DNA from: Tubulanus polymorphus
Lineage: Eukaryota > Animalia > Nemertea
Direction of reading: 5' to 3'
Length of the DNA: 64,000 nucleotides
NCBI RefSeq assembly: GCF_964204645.1
Contig: NC_134027.1
Span: 20,918,560-20,982,559 of the forward strand
This document shows positions 14,049 to 28,399 of the stretch, piece after piece. The translations under genes were made by a program, and so were the position numbers. The notes beneath the pieces were generated by a model. It was not told where the DNA came from, searched no databases, and saw only the letters and a program-made list of their open reading frames with translations. Each line of letters starts with the position of its first letter. Positions within the stretch are counted from its first letter, which is position 1.

Positions 14049-14546
14049 GTATGGTGGCTGATAAGGGCCATAGCCTAAAATTCCTGGTATGTAAATGAGG
14101 GCGCCAGAACGCCAGAACGCCAAAACGAAAAAAACGTCGAAATTTCTCTGAAAGTTCGTTTTGGTGCTCCAAAACAAAGAAAATTCCGTTTTGGCGCCCC
14201 CGCCAAAACAACGAAAAACGTCGAAATTTCTCTAAAAGTTCGTTTTGGCGCGCCAAAACAAAAAAAAAATCCGTTTTGGCGCCCCCACCAAAACGAACTT
14301 TCATTTTGGCGCCCCCGCCAAAACAACGAAAAACGTCGAAATTTCTCTAAAAGTTCGTTTTGGCGCGCCAAAACGAAAAAAAAAAATTCCGTTTTGGCGC
14401 CCCCGCGGGGGCGCCAAAATGAAAGTTCGTTTTGGCGGGGACGCCAAAACGAAATTTTCTTTTTTTTCGTTTTGGCGTTCTGGCGTTCTGGTGCCCTGAG
14501 TTACATACCAGAAATCTTTCGCTATGGCCCTTATCAGCCATCATAC
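14049..14546. mobile_element. Foldback-like element with long inverted arms and internal tandem GC-rich subrepeats
   Basis: gtatggtggctgataagggccatagc...agggcgccagaacgccagaacgccaaaacg is mirrored at 14465-14546. The interior consists of repeated cgttttggcgcc/cgccaaaac units. Confidence 0.75.
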
Positions 14547-15488
14547 TGGTATGATCATTTTATAATGTATGAATTTTATGCGGCACTGAAGATCTGAACC
14601 CGTGGATGCAGCAGGTAGCGGATAACAAACAATAATTTCTAAGCCAATTACGATCACTCCACTGGTTTTAGTAAGTGAGTTAACTGCTTTTAACCGGCAG
14701 CAGTGCCTCGTAGGCTACAGTAAGTTGGCTTTTTTATTTACTATCGTCTGTTACATTTTAGTGACCCGGAAGCAGTAACTCGTGGAGTATTAACTGAAAA
14801 TAGTGACTAAAGTCAGTGGCTTTGCCAGCAGACCCATGCGCCCTCTATGAAAAGTATGAGAAATACAAAAATTTGGTAAATGACCCTGTGCATTATTAGT
14901 TCCAGAATGCATTTACAATGGAAACCATGCCCAAGCAATAAAAGACGTCGAGATCTACCACTTGGCACATTTTCAGGACGATACATACAGTAACGACGTA
15001 CAGTAACGACAGAGCAGTCGGTACGAAAATTCGGTATTATTATATATAAGGTAATGCAAAGGTCCATGTGTTAAGGTTACCCTGTGTTACATTGATGCAC
15101 AGTGGCGAGGCTAATTGAACTAACCAATGGGCACTCCATTTCTCCATTTTTTCCATTTCCCTGCTTTTCGATGCATTTATAATTGAATGGAATAAATTAC
15201 CGTGTATTTTTCTTATTGACGCATGGATTGTGTACCTTTTTCTCTTACATGTAGGCTACAAAAGTATACATGCTGTATTTATTTCATTTTGTAATGATTC
15301 TGAATCATTTCGTGACAGTGATGCGTTATTCTTGAATGAAATTACTTTACGTAATACAGTGAATGGTATCCAGTTACACGGATTCTAGAGATGAGCGTGA
15401 CGTTCGATGTCGTGTAGAAGAGATAAAATATGCGTAAAGCTAAAGCTTAGCTGTTTTTCCGGTGTTACAGTTTTTGTAGATAGTGAAG

Positions 15489-16490
15489 ATGAACATCACC
15501 ATAACCAGAGACGACGTAGCTGTTGTGGCAAAGTCATATTTTGAACGCGTGGTTGATTTTTATCGCGCTTGTATTTTTCCAATATTTATACTGATCGGTA
15601 TTCTAGGCAACTGTTTTTCGTTGTACATATTTCCGAGGATGCGACGCCGCGACCAGTCTACCGCCGTATATCTGTCCTGTTTAGCTGCCAGCGATTTACT
15701 AAATCTATTGTCGAACGGTTTACCAGAAACTTGGATGTTTCAAGCGCTGAAAGATTTCAGCGAGATGGCGGTTTATGTTAACATTCTCGGCAATGACGTA
15801 ATAGCCTGCAAGGTTTTTCGTTATATTTGGTATATATCGATGTTTACGTCTTCGTGGATTCTTTCGCTATTCAACGTTGAGAAATGCATCGCCATCCGTC
15901 TGCCGTTGAAACGCAGCCTGATTATTACGTCATCGCGTCGTAAAACTGCATTATTAATTGTTGTAGTCGTTGCCTTGGCAATCCAAGCATCATTTGTACC
16001 CGCCTATGAACTCGTACAAAATTACCCTACGGGGCCGTTCAACTGTGGGTTAAATTTTACTTACTTTACGGCGCGAGTAACTGTAATTATGATACTATTG
16101 GGATGGCTGACAACCTTTTTGATACCTTGGTTCACGATTTGCGCGTGTTGTATCCTCATAACTTGTTCAATTCTAGAATCGCGACGTTTAAAACTCAAAA
16201 CAACCGATAAACCTAAAAACCTTCGTTTTATTTTGAATTTAACACTTGTATCTGGAGTGTTTCTGGTTTGTATAGCTCCCGGTATTGCTTTGTGGGGCAT
16301 GTTTTGGATAACAAATTTTCTCAACTCTGAACTCGGCTATTCAATCGGGTTTGATTTCGATGTCCTCAAAATTGCCCTGTACTGCACGAATCTACAAGAC
16401 CTGAATTTCTGTTTGAATTTCATCATTTATGTTTTATTTCTCGATTATTACAGAGCAGAATTGAAAAAGATTTTTCATTCAGCTTGCTAG
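15489..16490 (+). CDS. Intronless class A GPCR, copy B (paralogue of 3925-4929)
   Basis: Same 7TM motifs. Nearly identical to copy A except in extracellular loop 2. Confidence 0.9.
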   Translation: MNITITRDDVAVVAKSYFERVVDFYRACIFPIFILIGILGNCFSLYIFPRMRRRDQSTAVYLSCLAASDLLNLLSNGLPETWMFQALKDFSEMAVYVNILGNDVIACKVFRYIWYISMFTSSWILSLFNVEKCIAIRLPLKRSLIITSSRRKTALLIVVVVALAIQASFVPAYELVQNYPTGPFNCGLNFTYFTARVTVIMILLGWLTTFLIPWFTICACCILITCSILESRRLKLKTTDKPKNLRFILNLTLVSGVFLVCIAPGIALWGMFWITNFLNSELGYSIGFDFDVLKIALYCTNLQDLNFCLNFIIYVLFLDYYRAELKKIFHSAC

Positions 16491-18606
16491 TCGTAAAGAT
16501 AATTTTCTTTTTGATAATCTATTGTCAGCCTTTTGCCTATCTCGATTAATCTATCGATAATTACAGAGCTGAATTGAAAAAGATTTTACCTCTCACTTGC
16601 TGTCGTAAAAAGTAAGGTGTGTGAAATTCTATTGTCAGCCTTTCGCCTATCCCTTGATAGTAGGTACAACAATTTCAAATTACCCTGGAAATGATATGCC
16701 AAGGTTACGAAAACTGGAACCCGAAAACTGAGATGGTCATCCCATGAAACTGGCTTTTCACTGGTAATGATATTTCACTTTAAACAACCATAACAGCGTT
16801 AACAAATCTCATTTTCAAATGAGTAAGCAAATTTATTTAATGCGAAAGTTTTCAAGAGCATTTCCCCTCATCACACATACAATTTTGATTTATTTACTAA
16901 TACGTTGGCAAATTCAGCTTGTAGACGGCTAGGTTTTCTATTAATTCAACACTTCAATTCAAACGGTCTAACCTTTAAGTCATTTTACTAAGATTTACGA
17001 TGCTACTAATGGACTATGAGGTGTAAGGAATTTTGAATCTTGTAATTAAGTCCAATTCAGAGCCATGCGATATTTTCAGGCACCGGGAAACATTTGAAGG
17101 TGATATTGGGTGGACTACAATTTCTATCAGACACAAAATCGGATTCTGCGTCCATTGTTTCGCCTCTGTGGGATGTCTGATGATTGACTTATTAAACGTT
17201 TATTCACATATAATTATATATATATTCATTTATTTATTTCGTCAAAGTAATTATAATACTTGTATGACAATCTTTCATTGATTTTACAGCTGGCGTTCTA
17301 TCTCAAAATGTACATACATATCTTTTACATTTAAGTAACCCTAAGAAGCAATTTACGACCCTTGAACATCTGTCGGAGAAATTTTCCAATATGCTTTAAG
17401 AGATTGTTGGATGTTGTGTTCATCAAATCTATGAATTTATTAATGCTCGGATTATTCCAATAGTATGGGGGAAGAAAATTGCTTCCTGGGGTTTTATAGT
17501 GGGTACGGCATAGTAAAACGTGGTATTCGTCTTCGATTCGATTCGAGTTACAGCTACACAAACGGTTTTCGCGTGGGTATCTACAGGTATCTCTTAATGG
17601 TCAAGCTAATTTGGTGTAGTTTTGTTTAACATGTTCTCACCGAATGTCATATCGACTAATTTTATCACAATGTTTACTCATGTAGCTTAACCCTGTATCA
17701 AGTAAAACCTGTTTTAAATGTTTCTAAGAAAACCATGGGTAGAAATCATAGCCGCGTTTACAATAACACTAGTTAGCCCAAATGGGTCAGTACCCGGGGG
17801 GACAGGCCAAATTTGATACAGATAGTTATGACTGGCCCCGCAAGATGTCATGTCATGAGTTATTTCACGTGCAATTTATACCTAAATGATGTACTTCATT
17901 TGAAAAATTTTGATGATTGCAGTTTATCATTGGGATTGTTATACCTGGACAAATCAATCTATGGTAAATTGTGGGACATTTCAAAACAATCAGAATGGCC
18001 ATTCCTCGAGCAACGCACGGAATATACCGATTAAAAGATAAATAGCCAACATTTTTAGGCAATATAGAAATTGTATAATATCTGAGAACTATATATAAAT
18101 CAGCTTGATGACAAATTGGTGACGCGTATATTACAATCAGCATCTTACCGCTGATTACGATTTAGACGGACCTGGAACCAGTTTCGGTCCACACGCAGAT
18201 TCAGTCCGTTTTTTTGGAACGAACCTGTTCGGTCTTTTAGGTCGCTGTAGGACGCTTGGTCCGTTCCAAATTGGAACGGGCTAAATCTAGACCGGTCTAA
18301 ATAACGTAGTGTGAACGCGCCTTATGCGTGCACCCTATGACTGACAACACGTGAAATGATACGTTAACGCTCGTTGCAATAGCTGCGTTCACACTAGGAT
18401 TTCAGTACGGTACTAAGCGTTCACACTAGGAAATTATTCGAGGCCTATTCGCGGCATATTCAGTTCTGTACTGAAATACGCGGCTTATTAAGCGTGGAAT
18501 ACAATTCCGCGCCGAAAACCGATCTCAGTACGGAACTGAGCTGACTGTGTATTTTCTGTAGTGTGAACGCAGATTCGGCGCTTAGCTAGCCGCGTATATA
18601 CATCCG

Positions 18607-21600
18607 ATTACGATTACGATTACGATTTATTTACACTCCAACCATTTCCATGGTATATGGAGGAAAACTATTACACATGTATATACAAATATTTACAAAA
18701 CAACACTGAAGTGATTAAAATTTAGAGAATGAAAACGTAACGAAATATATATATACATCAACTATTTACGATACTATATATACTATTATATACATCAACT
18801 ATTTACAATACTATATATACTATTGGAGGGATCTATATACATCTAAGCCGGTCTTAATGAATTTAGCTAAGTTGACCGTTGGGTTTTTCAGAATATCAAG
18901 GGTATTTAAGGTATTCAAATTCAAAAAGTTTTTGCGTTGTTCGTTAAGTAAGGTACAGTCAAACAGAAAATGGGATTCGTCACCTAAAGTATTACAAGTG
19001 GGGCATATTCTATCGGCTCTGTCTAAATGAAGGTTTGAAAATTTGTTCTCAGGTAAAATATAGGACCCGACCCTAAATTCAAATAAACTAGTTCCTAAGT
19101 CATCACCAAGTTCTATTATATACTTCTCTAACCTAATATCATTTTTATATTGCCTAAAGTTAGTGTATATCAGATTAGTATTTATGGCAGATACAGTTTC
19201 TTGAAGGTGCTGGTCACGGAGTATCTGTTTTATTCGTTTTGAAAAAGATTTACTGTTAGTCATGAATTGCTGCGTCCAAATGCAGGACAAACCACAGTCA
19301 TCAAACGTTTTCTTTATATATGATAACCAAGGGCTCTTAAATTTATCCCTTAAAAATAAATTGAAAGATATTTTATAGAGTATTGAATTAAGTTTGGTTT
19401 GCTTTCCAGATACTGTTTTAACCCAAAAGTTAATCATCCTGCGTCTAACATCTATATTCAAAGGGTAACGTCCTAGCTCTGATAAAACTTGTAAGTTGCG
19501 AGAATATTTCGTCACTTTCATTAAGATTTTACAGAAGAAGCAATGAATATTTTCTAATAAATCAAGATTTTCGTATCCCCAGATCTCACACCCATACATG
19601 GCTATTGAACAACACACGTATCAAATAATTTAAACATAACATCTATGGGCAATTTCAAACGTCTGCCTTTTTGAACGATCGAAAACATAGCTCTCATAGC
19701 TTTATCGTAAAGATACTTTTTTGCCTTAGCAAAGTTACCATTCCAATTGAATTTTACTCCGAGATAAACATAATCTTCAACTACCTCTAACTCTTGATCA
19801 CCAAACATAAATTTCGAAATCGTTTTTATCCGGGATTTACTACGCGTAAATACTAGTACTTAAGTTTTCTCTGAGTTAACAGTGACACCATTAGCCGCGC
19901 AATATTCAAATAAGGTATCTAAGTGTAGCTGAAGAGATTTCGCATCCTCAGCAAGAATAACTGTATCATCTGCGTATAGTATTATGAATAAATTCAGTAA
20001 AGTATCAATATCCTGATAACGATTCAAATTTAGTTTTTCTATAAATGACAAAGTCGGTTTTCCACGATCAATGAAAAATTCTTCAATGTCGTTTAAGAAT
20101 AACGAAAAGAGGATAGGTGAGAGATTTTCGCCTTGTCTTAAGCCTCTATCAGCTGCAAAGTATTGTGACGTGCAACCATTTAATTTAACACATGATTTTA
20201 TGGAGTTATACATATTTTTGACCACATTGAAAAAGTTTCCATTAATACTGTTAGCAATTAATTTTCGCCATAACGTTACCCTACAAATCGAGTCGAAAGC
20301 TTTCTTAAAATCAACAAAGGCGCAAAAAAATCTTCTTCCCTGACAAAGATACAGCTCTACGATTGTTTTAAGCGTGTAAATATGATCAATGGTGGAATAT
20401 TTCGATCTAAAGCCAGCCTGGGCTTCACTTATAATGTGATTCGTATCTAGGAATGTTGACAATCTTTGATTTAGGATACTTGTAAATAATTTACCAAGAC
20501 AGCTAACTAAGGTAATATCTCTATAATTATCAGGATTAGAGGGATCGCCATTCTTTTTGAAAATGGGTTTGATGACGCCTATAGACCACATCTCTGGAAC
20601 ATATCCTGTTTTAAGAACTAAATTGAATAATTTTTGTAATATATCAACTAAAAACGGATACTGACTAACTCCCAACAGCTCCTTCGTGATTCCATCAATG
20701 CCTGGGGCCTTATTGTTTTTGAGTAAAGAGATAGCCTTAATTACCTCATCACTGGTTATATCACTGTTCAAGATATAATTGTCATAGACAGGATGGTCAC
20801 CCACGTCTGGGGGCTCATCACCGTCATCGGTTTCATTGTTAACATTATTCAAATCATTTAATCTCATAAAATGTTCAAGAAAAATATCAATATCTATATT
20901 AGCCTCATTATTTTTTGTTCCGCTCGCAGAGTTTAGCATCGACCAAAACTTTTTTGGGTTATTAATTTCGCATTCTCTCAATTCCTTAATAAATTCATCC
21001 TTTTGTTTCTTCTTATTTCCTCGGATGACCTTTTTATAGTTTTTAGACGAGTTCTTCAGGGATTCAAAATTGGAAGGGGTAGGGCAACCCCTATATCTTT
21101 TTTTCATATAATTATATTTCTTCTGTGCATCTCTACAGTCCCTGCCAAACCATCCGTTGCGGACCGGTTTTTTGCAGTTATTACTTTTCCTACTTTTTCT
21201 ATGGTACATCAAATTACACTCATCAGCACTTGATAATAAAGAAGATACAAATCTATCGGTAAGTCCATTAATGTCATCTGGCGATTGATTTCCTAGATCT
21301 TGCAACCCGTCCAACAGTAACTTATCTAAATCATTATCTCGTAATCTTGATTCTACATTCAGGAAAAATTGATTTGATCTAGTACTGTCCCACCTAATTG
21401 AAGTGTTAAAGTTCGCGTGTTCATTACCCCTTTCATTATCGCTAGCAATGGTGTCCCTAGAATTCGTATACACGCACAGATTAATAGGATTATGTCCATC
21501 AGATAATAATGGGTCAAAAGGCATTATTTCAAAGTCCTCAACATAACCAAACAGTTCTAAATCACACACAAAATAATCGATGACACTAGTGTTCCTAAAA

Positions 21601-22327
21601 GTATAATTACCTGTCTGATCATTGCCACATCTGCCATTGAGGATAATTAGTGAATGGTTCTTACACAAATCTATTAGTTGATAGCCTGTATTATTCTTTC
21701 TTATGTCCTGATTATTTCTAGTTGTGGGAACGCCTAAATTAATCAATGAGTCAACAATAGGGTCTAAGTTATCATCTTGAATTATCTGATTATCAGGTTC
21801 CAAAAAGTCTGGCATACAAGCGGTGTGAGCATTAAAGTCACCAGAAATTAACACATTGAAATCATACTCAACTTTCAATTGCAATAACTCTATTTCAATT
21901 TCTCTGATAGCTAATTCTGAATAATAACGACTATTTTCTGGAGGAATATAAATTACACCTAGAAGTACATGTTTGTCGCGATTAAATAAATCTGTATCTA
22001 ATAAATACCAAGATACAAACTGAGAGTCAGTCGAAATTGGTTTTATTTTATTTTTCATGAACTTCCTATATATGATACCGACGCCACCTGATCCTTTTTT
22101 TGAAAACTTTTTCCTATTTTTAAAGTGCGCCATATGGGAGGCGGGCAAGCTACAACCTAAATTACCGTCTAAATCATCTAAGTGAGTTTCAGTTAGACAT
22201 GTGATGTCATTATTGCTAATCAATTCACAGAATTCTGGGATATCGAGTTTAGCTATAAGGCCACATACATTTAGCGTAGAAAACTTTAATGATGATTTGA
22301 TACAAGGAATTACACTTATGTTTGCTG
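18607..22327 (-). mobile_element. 5'-truncated non-LTR retrotransposon (CR1/L2-group-like), ORF2 nearly complete but disrupted
   Basis: EN motifs (NVCGL, LTETHL, GDFN, SVIDY, SDGH), RT motifs (DFKKAFD, GLRQG..LSP, LYADD) and a C-terminal CPTC...H..C. In-frame TAA at 19860 and a frameshift near 19610. The 3' tail is AATAAA plus (TCGTAA)n at 18607-18632. Absent from copy A of the duplication. Confidence 0.9.
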
Positions 22328-23529
22328 CCCGCGTAGTACAAAACACTCCCCTCTATTGGCACACTGGGTGACTACTATACTGGGCTTATTGAAGTGTCGA
22401 ATTGCCGACTCGTAGGGTGAACGTAACTGGCTGTGTAAGCGCCGTATTTTCGTGAATTCGGCACCAGTACGGTACTTCGTTAGTGCCGAATCCAGGAAGA
22501 AAGCCACTAAATATTTGGATGGATATATGAAAGCTGTGGCTACTGGAGTGTGTAATGGGTAGTGTAGTGTGATCTGTGTGCATTTGTGGCCAGCACACAG
22601 ATCGCATTGTTCATTGGGGTTAGGTCCAGGACTCGCGAGATTTTCAACAACACGGTAGTAACGTAAATGATGACTTGAATTGCATGACTACCTACCACCC
22701 CTCATTATTGTTGGAAAACTAAACGTTCCGCACTGACTAAAAATTAGTAATAATAATTAATAACATTTTAGAAATGGCCAGAATTTTAACTGGTTCTATC
22801 TCATTTTTATTTTACAATTGCGATTGGTATAATTTTTTTTTAAACGGCCGTTAAGGCTTCATGTTTCGTCTGCAATTCACTGCAAATAGTTACGCAACTA
22901 CGCACATTTCAGTGTTTTTGGCAGCTATACACTCAATCGGCACCGTTCGTGACTAGCTTCACTGCGGAATTATCATTAATTAACATCGCCATATCACATC
23001 ATCAACTTATATTGTGCCTTAAAACCCTAACAGCCGAAATAATTGAAATGCACACACGATTTCTATCATTGAAAATTGAGAGAGTGGCCGTGTTTGTGTT
23101 CTGCTGCTTCGCGTAAATCCCGCAGGGTGGCGCCACCGCGCGGAGTGGGGCCGATACGTCTAGCGTGAACGCGGCTGGCTAATGATGCGTGTTTTGGTCA
23201 CCTTAACGTGTTGAGTTACGTGGTAGTAATCAGTATTCACACCAATCCGGAAACAGATACGTACGTGCGTGTGGTATCCCGTTACCTTCTCACACCGCTT
23301 TTGTGTCCTGTTCTTGGAAGACCCTCTGGCTATATTGCAACCAAACGTTACGAACAAACCGGAATAACGCCATCCACAAAACAAGTGTGAACCACTCACG
23401 GAATTTGAAATTTGTACACATTATCATCAGTAGCACATAAATGAATTACTAAGTAGAATTTAAGACAATATTCTCCCCATGGTATTTGCATGTGTCCGTA
23501 ATGACGCTGTAATTTTATTGTGGACCCGT

Positions 23530-23762
23530 GGGTTGGATTTCTCTTACTTTGCGGCGCGAGTAACAGTGATTATGATACTGTGGAATGGGTGACGTCCTTC
23601 TTGATTCCTTGGTTCACTATTTGCACTTTATGCTGGACTGTGATAACTTCTCTAATTCTGTAATCAAGACGTGTAAAACTAAAAACGGTAGATAAGTCAC
23701 AAAATCTCCGTTTTATTTTGAATTTAACACGTGTGTCCGGGGTGTTTCTAATTTGTATTATT
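23530..23762 (+). pseudogene. Third, fragmentary copy of the duplicated GPCR (ECL2-TM5-TM6)
   Basis: DNA aligns with 4490-4710 (LDFSYF.ARVTVIMIL...FLIPWFTIC...NLRFILNLT.VSGVFL), with indels and a stop. Confidence 0.8.
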
Positions 23763-24744
23763 ATCAATATCAAAACAACATTTTCGAAATACTGGGTAGA
23801 ATTTTAGATACGCTGTTTTCCTCCTTGAAATTCGCAAATTTCGGCAATCGCGCTGTAGTTTTATCGATTAAGACTTCGTTTAATAAATTCCATTTTCAAT
23901 TGAATTAGATTTATTAAAACTTAAAGAAGGGGTCTAGCAAAATTATGATGACATATTAGGAATGGAAATAACAGGCTATTAAAAGCCAAATCCACATTCT
24001 CATTTAGACTAGTTTCAAATCGGCGAATTCAACTCAACCAGTCTTGTACGTACTTCCCAATTTTTCACAGCGAAATATGCGTACATATATAGACTACCAA
24101 AATAACCAACAAAAATACTCACTATTTCAAAACAACCATTACAGTGAGATAATATTCGTAATAAAAGTCGATGACATACTCTAGTTTTCATAGCTCCGGT
24201 TAGAAGGCCATTTAAAAACTGGTTCTGTATAATGTAAATTTGAAGTGACTTTTCGACTATATATCTACGTTCAAAATTGTATGAGGGAATTTGTACTCGA
24301 CGCAACGCAGAGGTAAGAAACATAAGAATGAAATAATATCAGTAGAATTGTGGATATTGCAGTGGTTTCGATCCTCTGGCTTGTGCATCCGAGTAAAACC
24401 AGGGGGATTTATTCTTTCTTTCCTATATGTGAAATTCACAACCGATTGAAACAACCAATCTAGTTTGACATATTCCCATTTCACATTAAAGCGGTCATCT
24501 TTGATTTTGATGAACGGATAGGGCGTACATACGAGACTTGATGGCAAATTGGTTCGCTTGGCAAATAAATTTTTTCCAAATGTCACTGGTGCCTAACCAA
24601 ATCATATACGTAATCCAAGATGACATCATGACATGACATATCATGACATATATTCCTAAACATCTTTGTATAATCGACGTCACTAACATTCACGTTTATG
24701 GTTACAGGAGTGATATACATGCTTCGATAATAACAGCGCAAGAT

Positions 24745-26978
24745 ATGGAATCAGATGAGATAGTTATTATAGCGAGCGCCGTAACGGTGGTACTGATAAC
24801 ATTGATAATCGCCGTTACTGTTTACATGATCTGCCGTTATAAATATAGAAATAAATTTGCATCTTTACAACAGGTAATTAATTAACCACCTTCCAAACTT
24901 AGTCAATGTTACAGGTAAAGGGATTGTCCATGCTCTTTCTGTCCTCAGCAATTGGACAAATTATAAGAGGTCTTTGGGGTCCTACACCCTTCGATATCGT
25001 TTTAAGATTGACATTAGTGTAGCTTGTCAATTCGGAAAAGTCAGTGTATTATGTATTGGATTGTGTAATTTCACTGTAAGTTTTTAATTTTTACAGAATA
25101 TAGCCTATATGTAAGCTTTCTTCTCCAACTAGAAGTGACCGTCGCGTATCTTGCCCAGTGTGGCAATTTCACTGTCGTGGCGAAATAATCTTATCTTATT
25201 TCATGATAAATTCCATTTCATCTTCCATTTGAAATAAAATCAGCATTGTTGTTAGAACTCCAGCTAATGCGAACAATCCTACATCCATTTAATCTGGGGA
25301 ACATTCCTGAACCTAGATCTAAACGTACTTGTAACTAAAAAACTAGCCTTACACCTATATGTAGTTGGAGGATACAGCTCGATTCTAATTGAATAATTTT
25401 CATTACAGACGACTTTGCCAGAGGCGCCATCTGATAACAAAATTACAGAACCTGGTTCCGACATAGAATCTAACAACGGCAACACATCCAATGTATGTAC
25501 CGTATCTATACGGGGTCATTGTAGGATCACTTTCAATTCATTTTCGTTTCAAACAATGCTTCTTTGCGTGACATTGCTCAAAACCCCCATTCAATTTTTC
25601 TCCGTGAAAAATCCAAGTACAAAGGACAATTTACTACTATTTTCTGTAATTAAATCTCTGCTGGATCTATTTAATGCTATAATGGACTTGAGCCGTATGT
25701 CGGTTTGTCGGTTTGTCTTGAAAAGTACGCAGCCGAATTACTCTTTTTCTAAAAATGAGCGGGGAACTATTCCACGCTATACTGGACTCGAACCAACAAA
25801 GCCAATATCATAATTTCGTAATCGAAATAGATCTCGTCAATTTAAGTGGGGAAACTAGCGCTGGTTTGACATCCTACTATAGCTTTTTACTGCTTCTCCT
25901 GATGGCGTTTGATTTGAATATCATAATTTTTTTCATACAGACACCGGATTTGTTAACAAATCCGAGCACTTCCGTGAAATCTAAAGGATGGAGTTATTAT
26001 CGTAGCGGTACGCCTGGAGCATTCACTCTCACAGATGCAGATAAGTGGCCGACAATGAAAGAACCCACAATGGATGATCGGAACAAACCTACAGATGTTC
26101 CATTCGATTCAATCCGGCGCATTGCTTTTTGCACTAGAAAACGCGTCAGGGGATTATTCAAATTAAGATCAATACCGGAAGAGCCGGCCCCTGGGATTTC
26201 TAATTTATCAATCGATTCAAATTTGTTTTCGATGGGTTCCGCAAATAGTGTAAATAAAACTAATTTCCCGGGCCAGAATCTAACTAGGAGTCAGTCAGTA
26301 GACTTGACTCAACAAGAAGCTGTCACTGACGTCATACGTAATACCGTATCATCTGCTGACATTGCAGAGCCCCCTAGTGGTCGTTATGTAGACCAGGCAA
26401 CTGTGAACCGAGTCGGCTACGAGACTTGGAGACAAGTGCCAGTTGATAATCCGGCGTATAAACTGAGAATTTTATTTCGTGAAAAGCCCACGACTATACC
26501 CAACTCCGTAAATGTGTATCAATCAGACATAACAGAAAGCTTTTCGGACGTACAATCAACCAATGAAATTAATACAGGTTCTGGATGCCAAAATGATAAT
26601 GATATCGAAGAAAATGATGGTCGACCAACTAAACCGAATACAGGCGCACCAAGCGTTGATAAGAAAAAAATGTCTCGGGCTAAGCGATCCTCGAAAAAAG
26701 ATGGACATTTATCAGTGAATAGTTCAGAGAAGCTGGCAACAGGGGGAGTATTTGACCCCATGTATAGTAAGAAATCAAACAGTTTTAAGCATATTAGTTT
26801 TTGGGACGAAGTGGAAGCTTTCAATGCGAAAGACAAGGAGCATGTCCGATCAGGTCGATCAAACTTCGATACTCCTCACAGTAGTACTCCAACGGCTAAT
26901 CACCAGTCAATACTAACGCCCCCTGTCGGCGATTCCTCTAGACGTACAATTCGTGTAGTGGGTGTGTGGAATATATAA
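24745..26978 (+). CDS. Predicted 3-exon single-pass membrane protein with a long low-complexity cytoplasmic tail (exons 24745-24873, 25409-25492, 25941-26978; ~416 aa)
   Basis: Exon 1 encodes IVIIASAVTVVLITLIIAVTVYMIC followed by basic RYKYRNK. GT-AG junctions with pyrimidine tracts are all phase 0 and join into the long ORF ending 26978. No family recognised. Confidence 0.65.
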
Positions 26979-27220
26979 TGATTTTGCGCTTGAAAGATCT
27001 AAGAACACAGGACAATTTTTTATTTTGTTTAATAGAAATAGAAATATATTTGTATGCAGATTGTATATAATGTATCTATGCCAGTATTGCGCTTATCTGA
27101 GAATAAAATGTCATTATAGCACCATTATAAATCGTAGAATTAAAGCATAAATCATTACACATTGGTCCCAGCATAATTGAGGTAGACTAGATGAAATATG
27201 AATGTAACATGCACATATTG

Positions 27221-27830
27221 CGGTAAGGTGGGGGCAAAATGGACCCGCGTGGCAAAACGGAATTTCTTTCTAAACATCTGTCGATACCATTTTTCCATAC
27301 ACAATGTCCCTAATGGCACAACATATAGTTTTGTGGGGTTGAGATGGTGAGATCGTGAAAAAGTTTTAAAGTTTTTCTGCTTCGAAAATTTCGAAAGAGG
27401 AGACACATTTTTGACATATGGATGTAGCATAGATTTACGGGCGATTTGTTGCAGAAGTATAATAGCTAACAAGCATAAGCCGTCAATAAGAATTAGGTTA
27501 TAACTAACACAATATTATATTTGTGAATCACGTGACAGGAATTCACTAGTTGTGCATATGGGGAAATGTGGAGCCGAAGTACTCGGTTGTAGGTGGAAAA
27601 CGAGGGGATGATTCGATGCCAAAAAGAATGGGCATATTTTGCAAGTGATGGAGAAGACCACAAACTTGAGGAACAAATTACCTGTTTGATTGCGGATTAA
27701 CTTTATATATGAATATTCATTACCTCCTGGTTTTGATATATCAAAACAACTCGAGAAGCTGTCACATTTTGAGTGAGCTAAACACTATCCTAAGTTAAGG
27801 GGTCCATTGATTTTGCCCCACCCTCACCTA
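27221..27830. mobile_element. Degenerate TIR element/MITE
   Basis: ggtaaggtgggggcaaaatggaccc versus imperfect inverse gggtccattgattttgccccaccctcacct. Confidence 0.45.
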
Positions 27831-27837
27831 TCTATAA

Positions 27838-28034
<197 letters not shown>

Positions 28035-28399
28035 CTATACATAAAAACATATTACAAAATGCACGACATATGAGGCCTTTGTTACAACTAAGTTGTTTGT
28101 TATGATTATAAGAAAACGATTTCTTAGTCAACTTAGTCAACTGTAGCCTAGGCCCACTGAGAATAATCCAAATTTTATTTTGAGTTATTGTCCTGTATAG
28201 TCCGCAAGTAGAATGCGTAGAATTACACCAAATACATGTACACTTTCGGCCTATCTTCATGCTTAAGCATTGAATCATTTGAATTTGAAGGAATTGGTTA
28301 TCAACATTTTGGTCAATGCCTCTTTGAAACATGGAACTCAATACGACACTGATTACCGAAACCGGGTGTGGGGGGTATTTCTTCCTGCCCACAAAATAC

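Noticed and set aside
25097-25110. 14-nt micro-exon (ag|AATATAGCCTATAT|gtaagc) in the membrane-protein gene
   Set aside because: It would break the phase-0 frame between the flanking exons and cannot be supported without RNA data.
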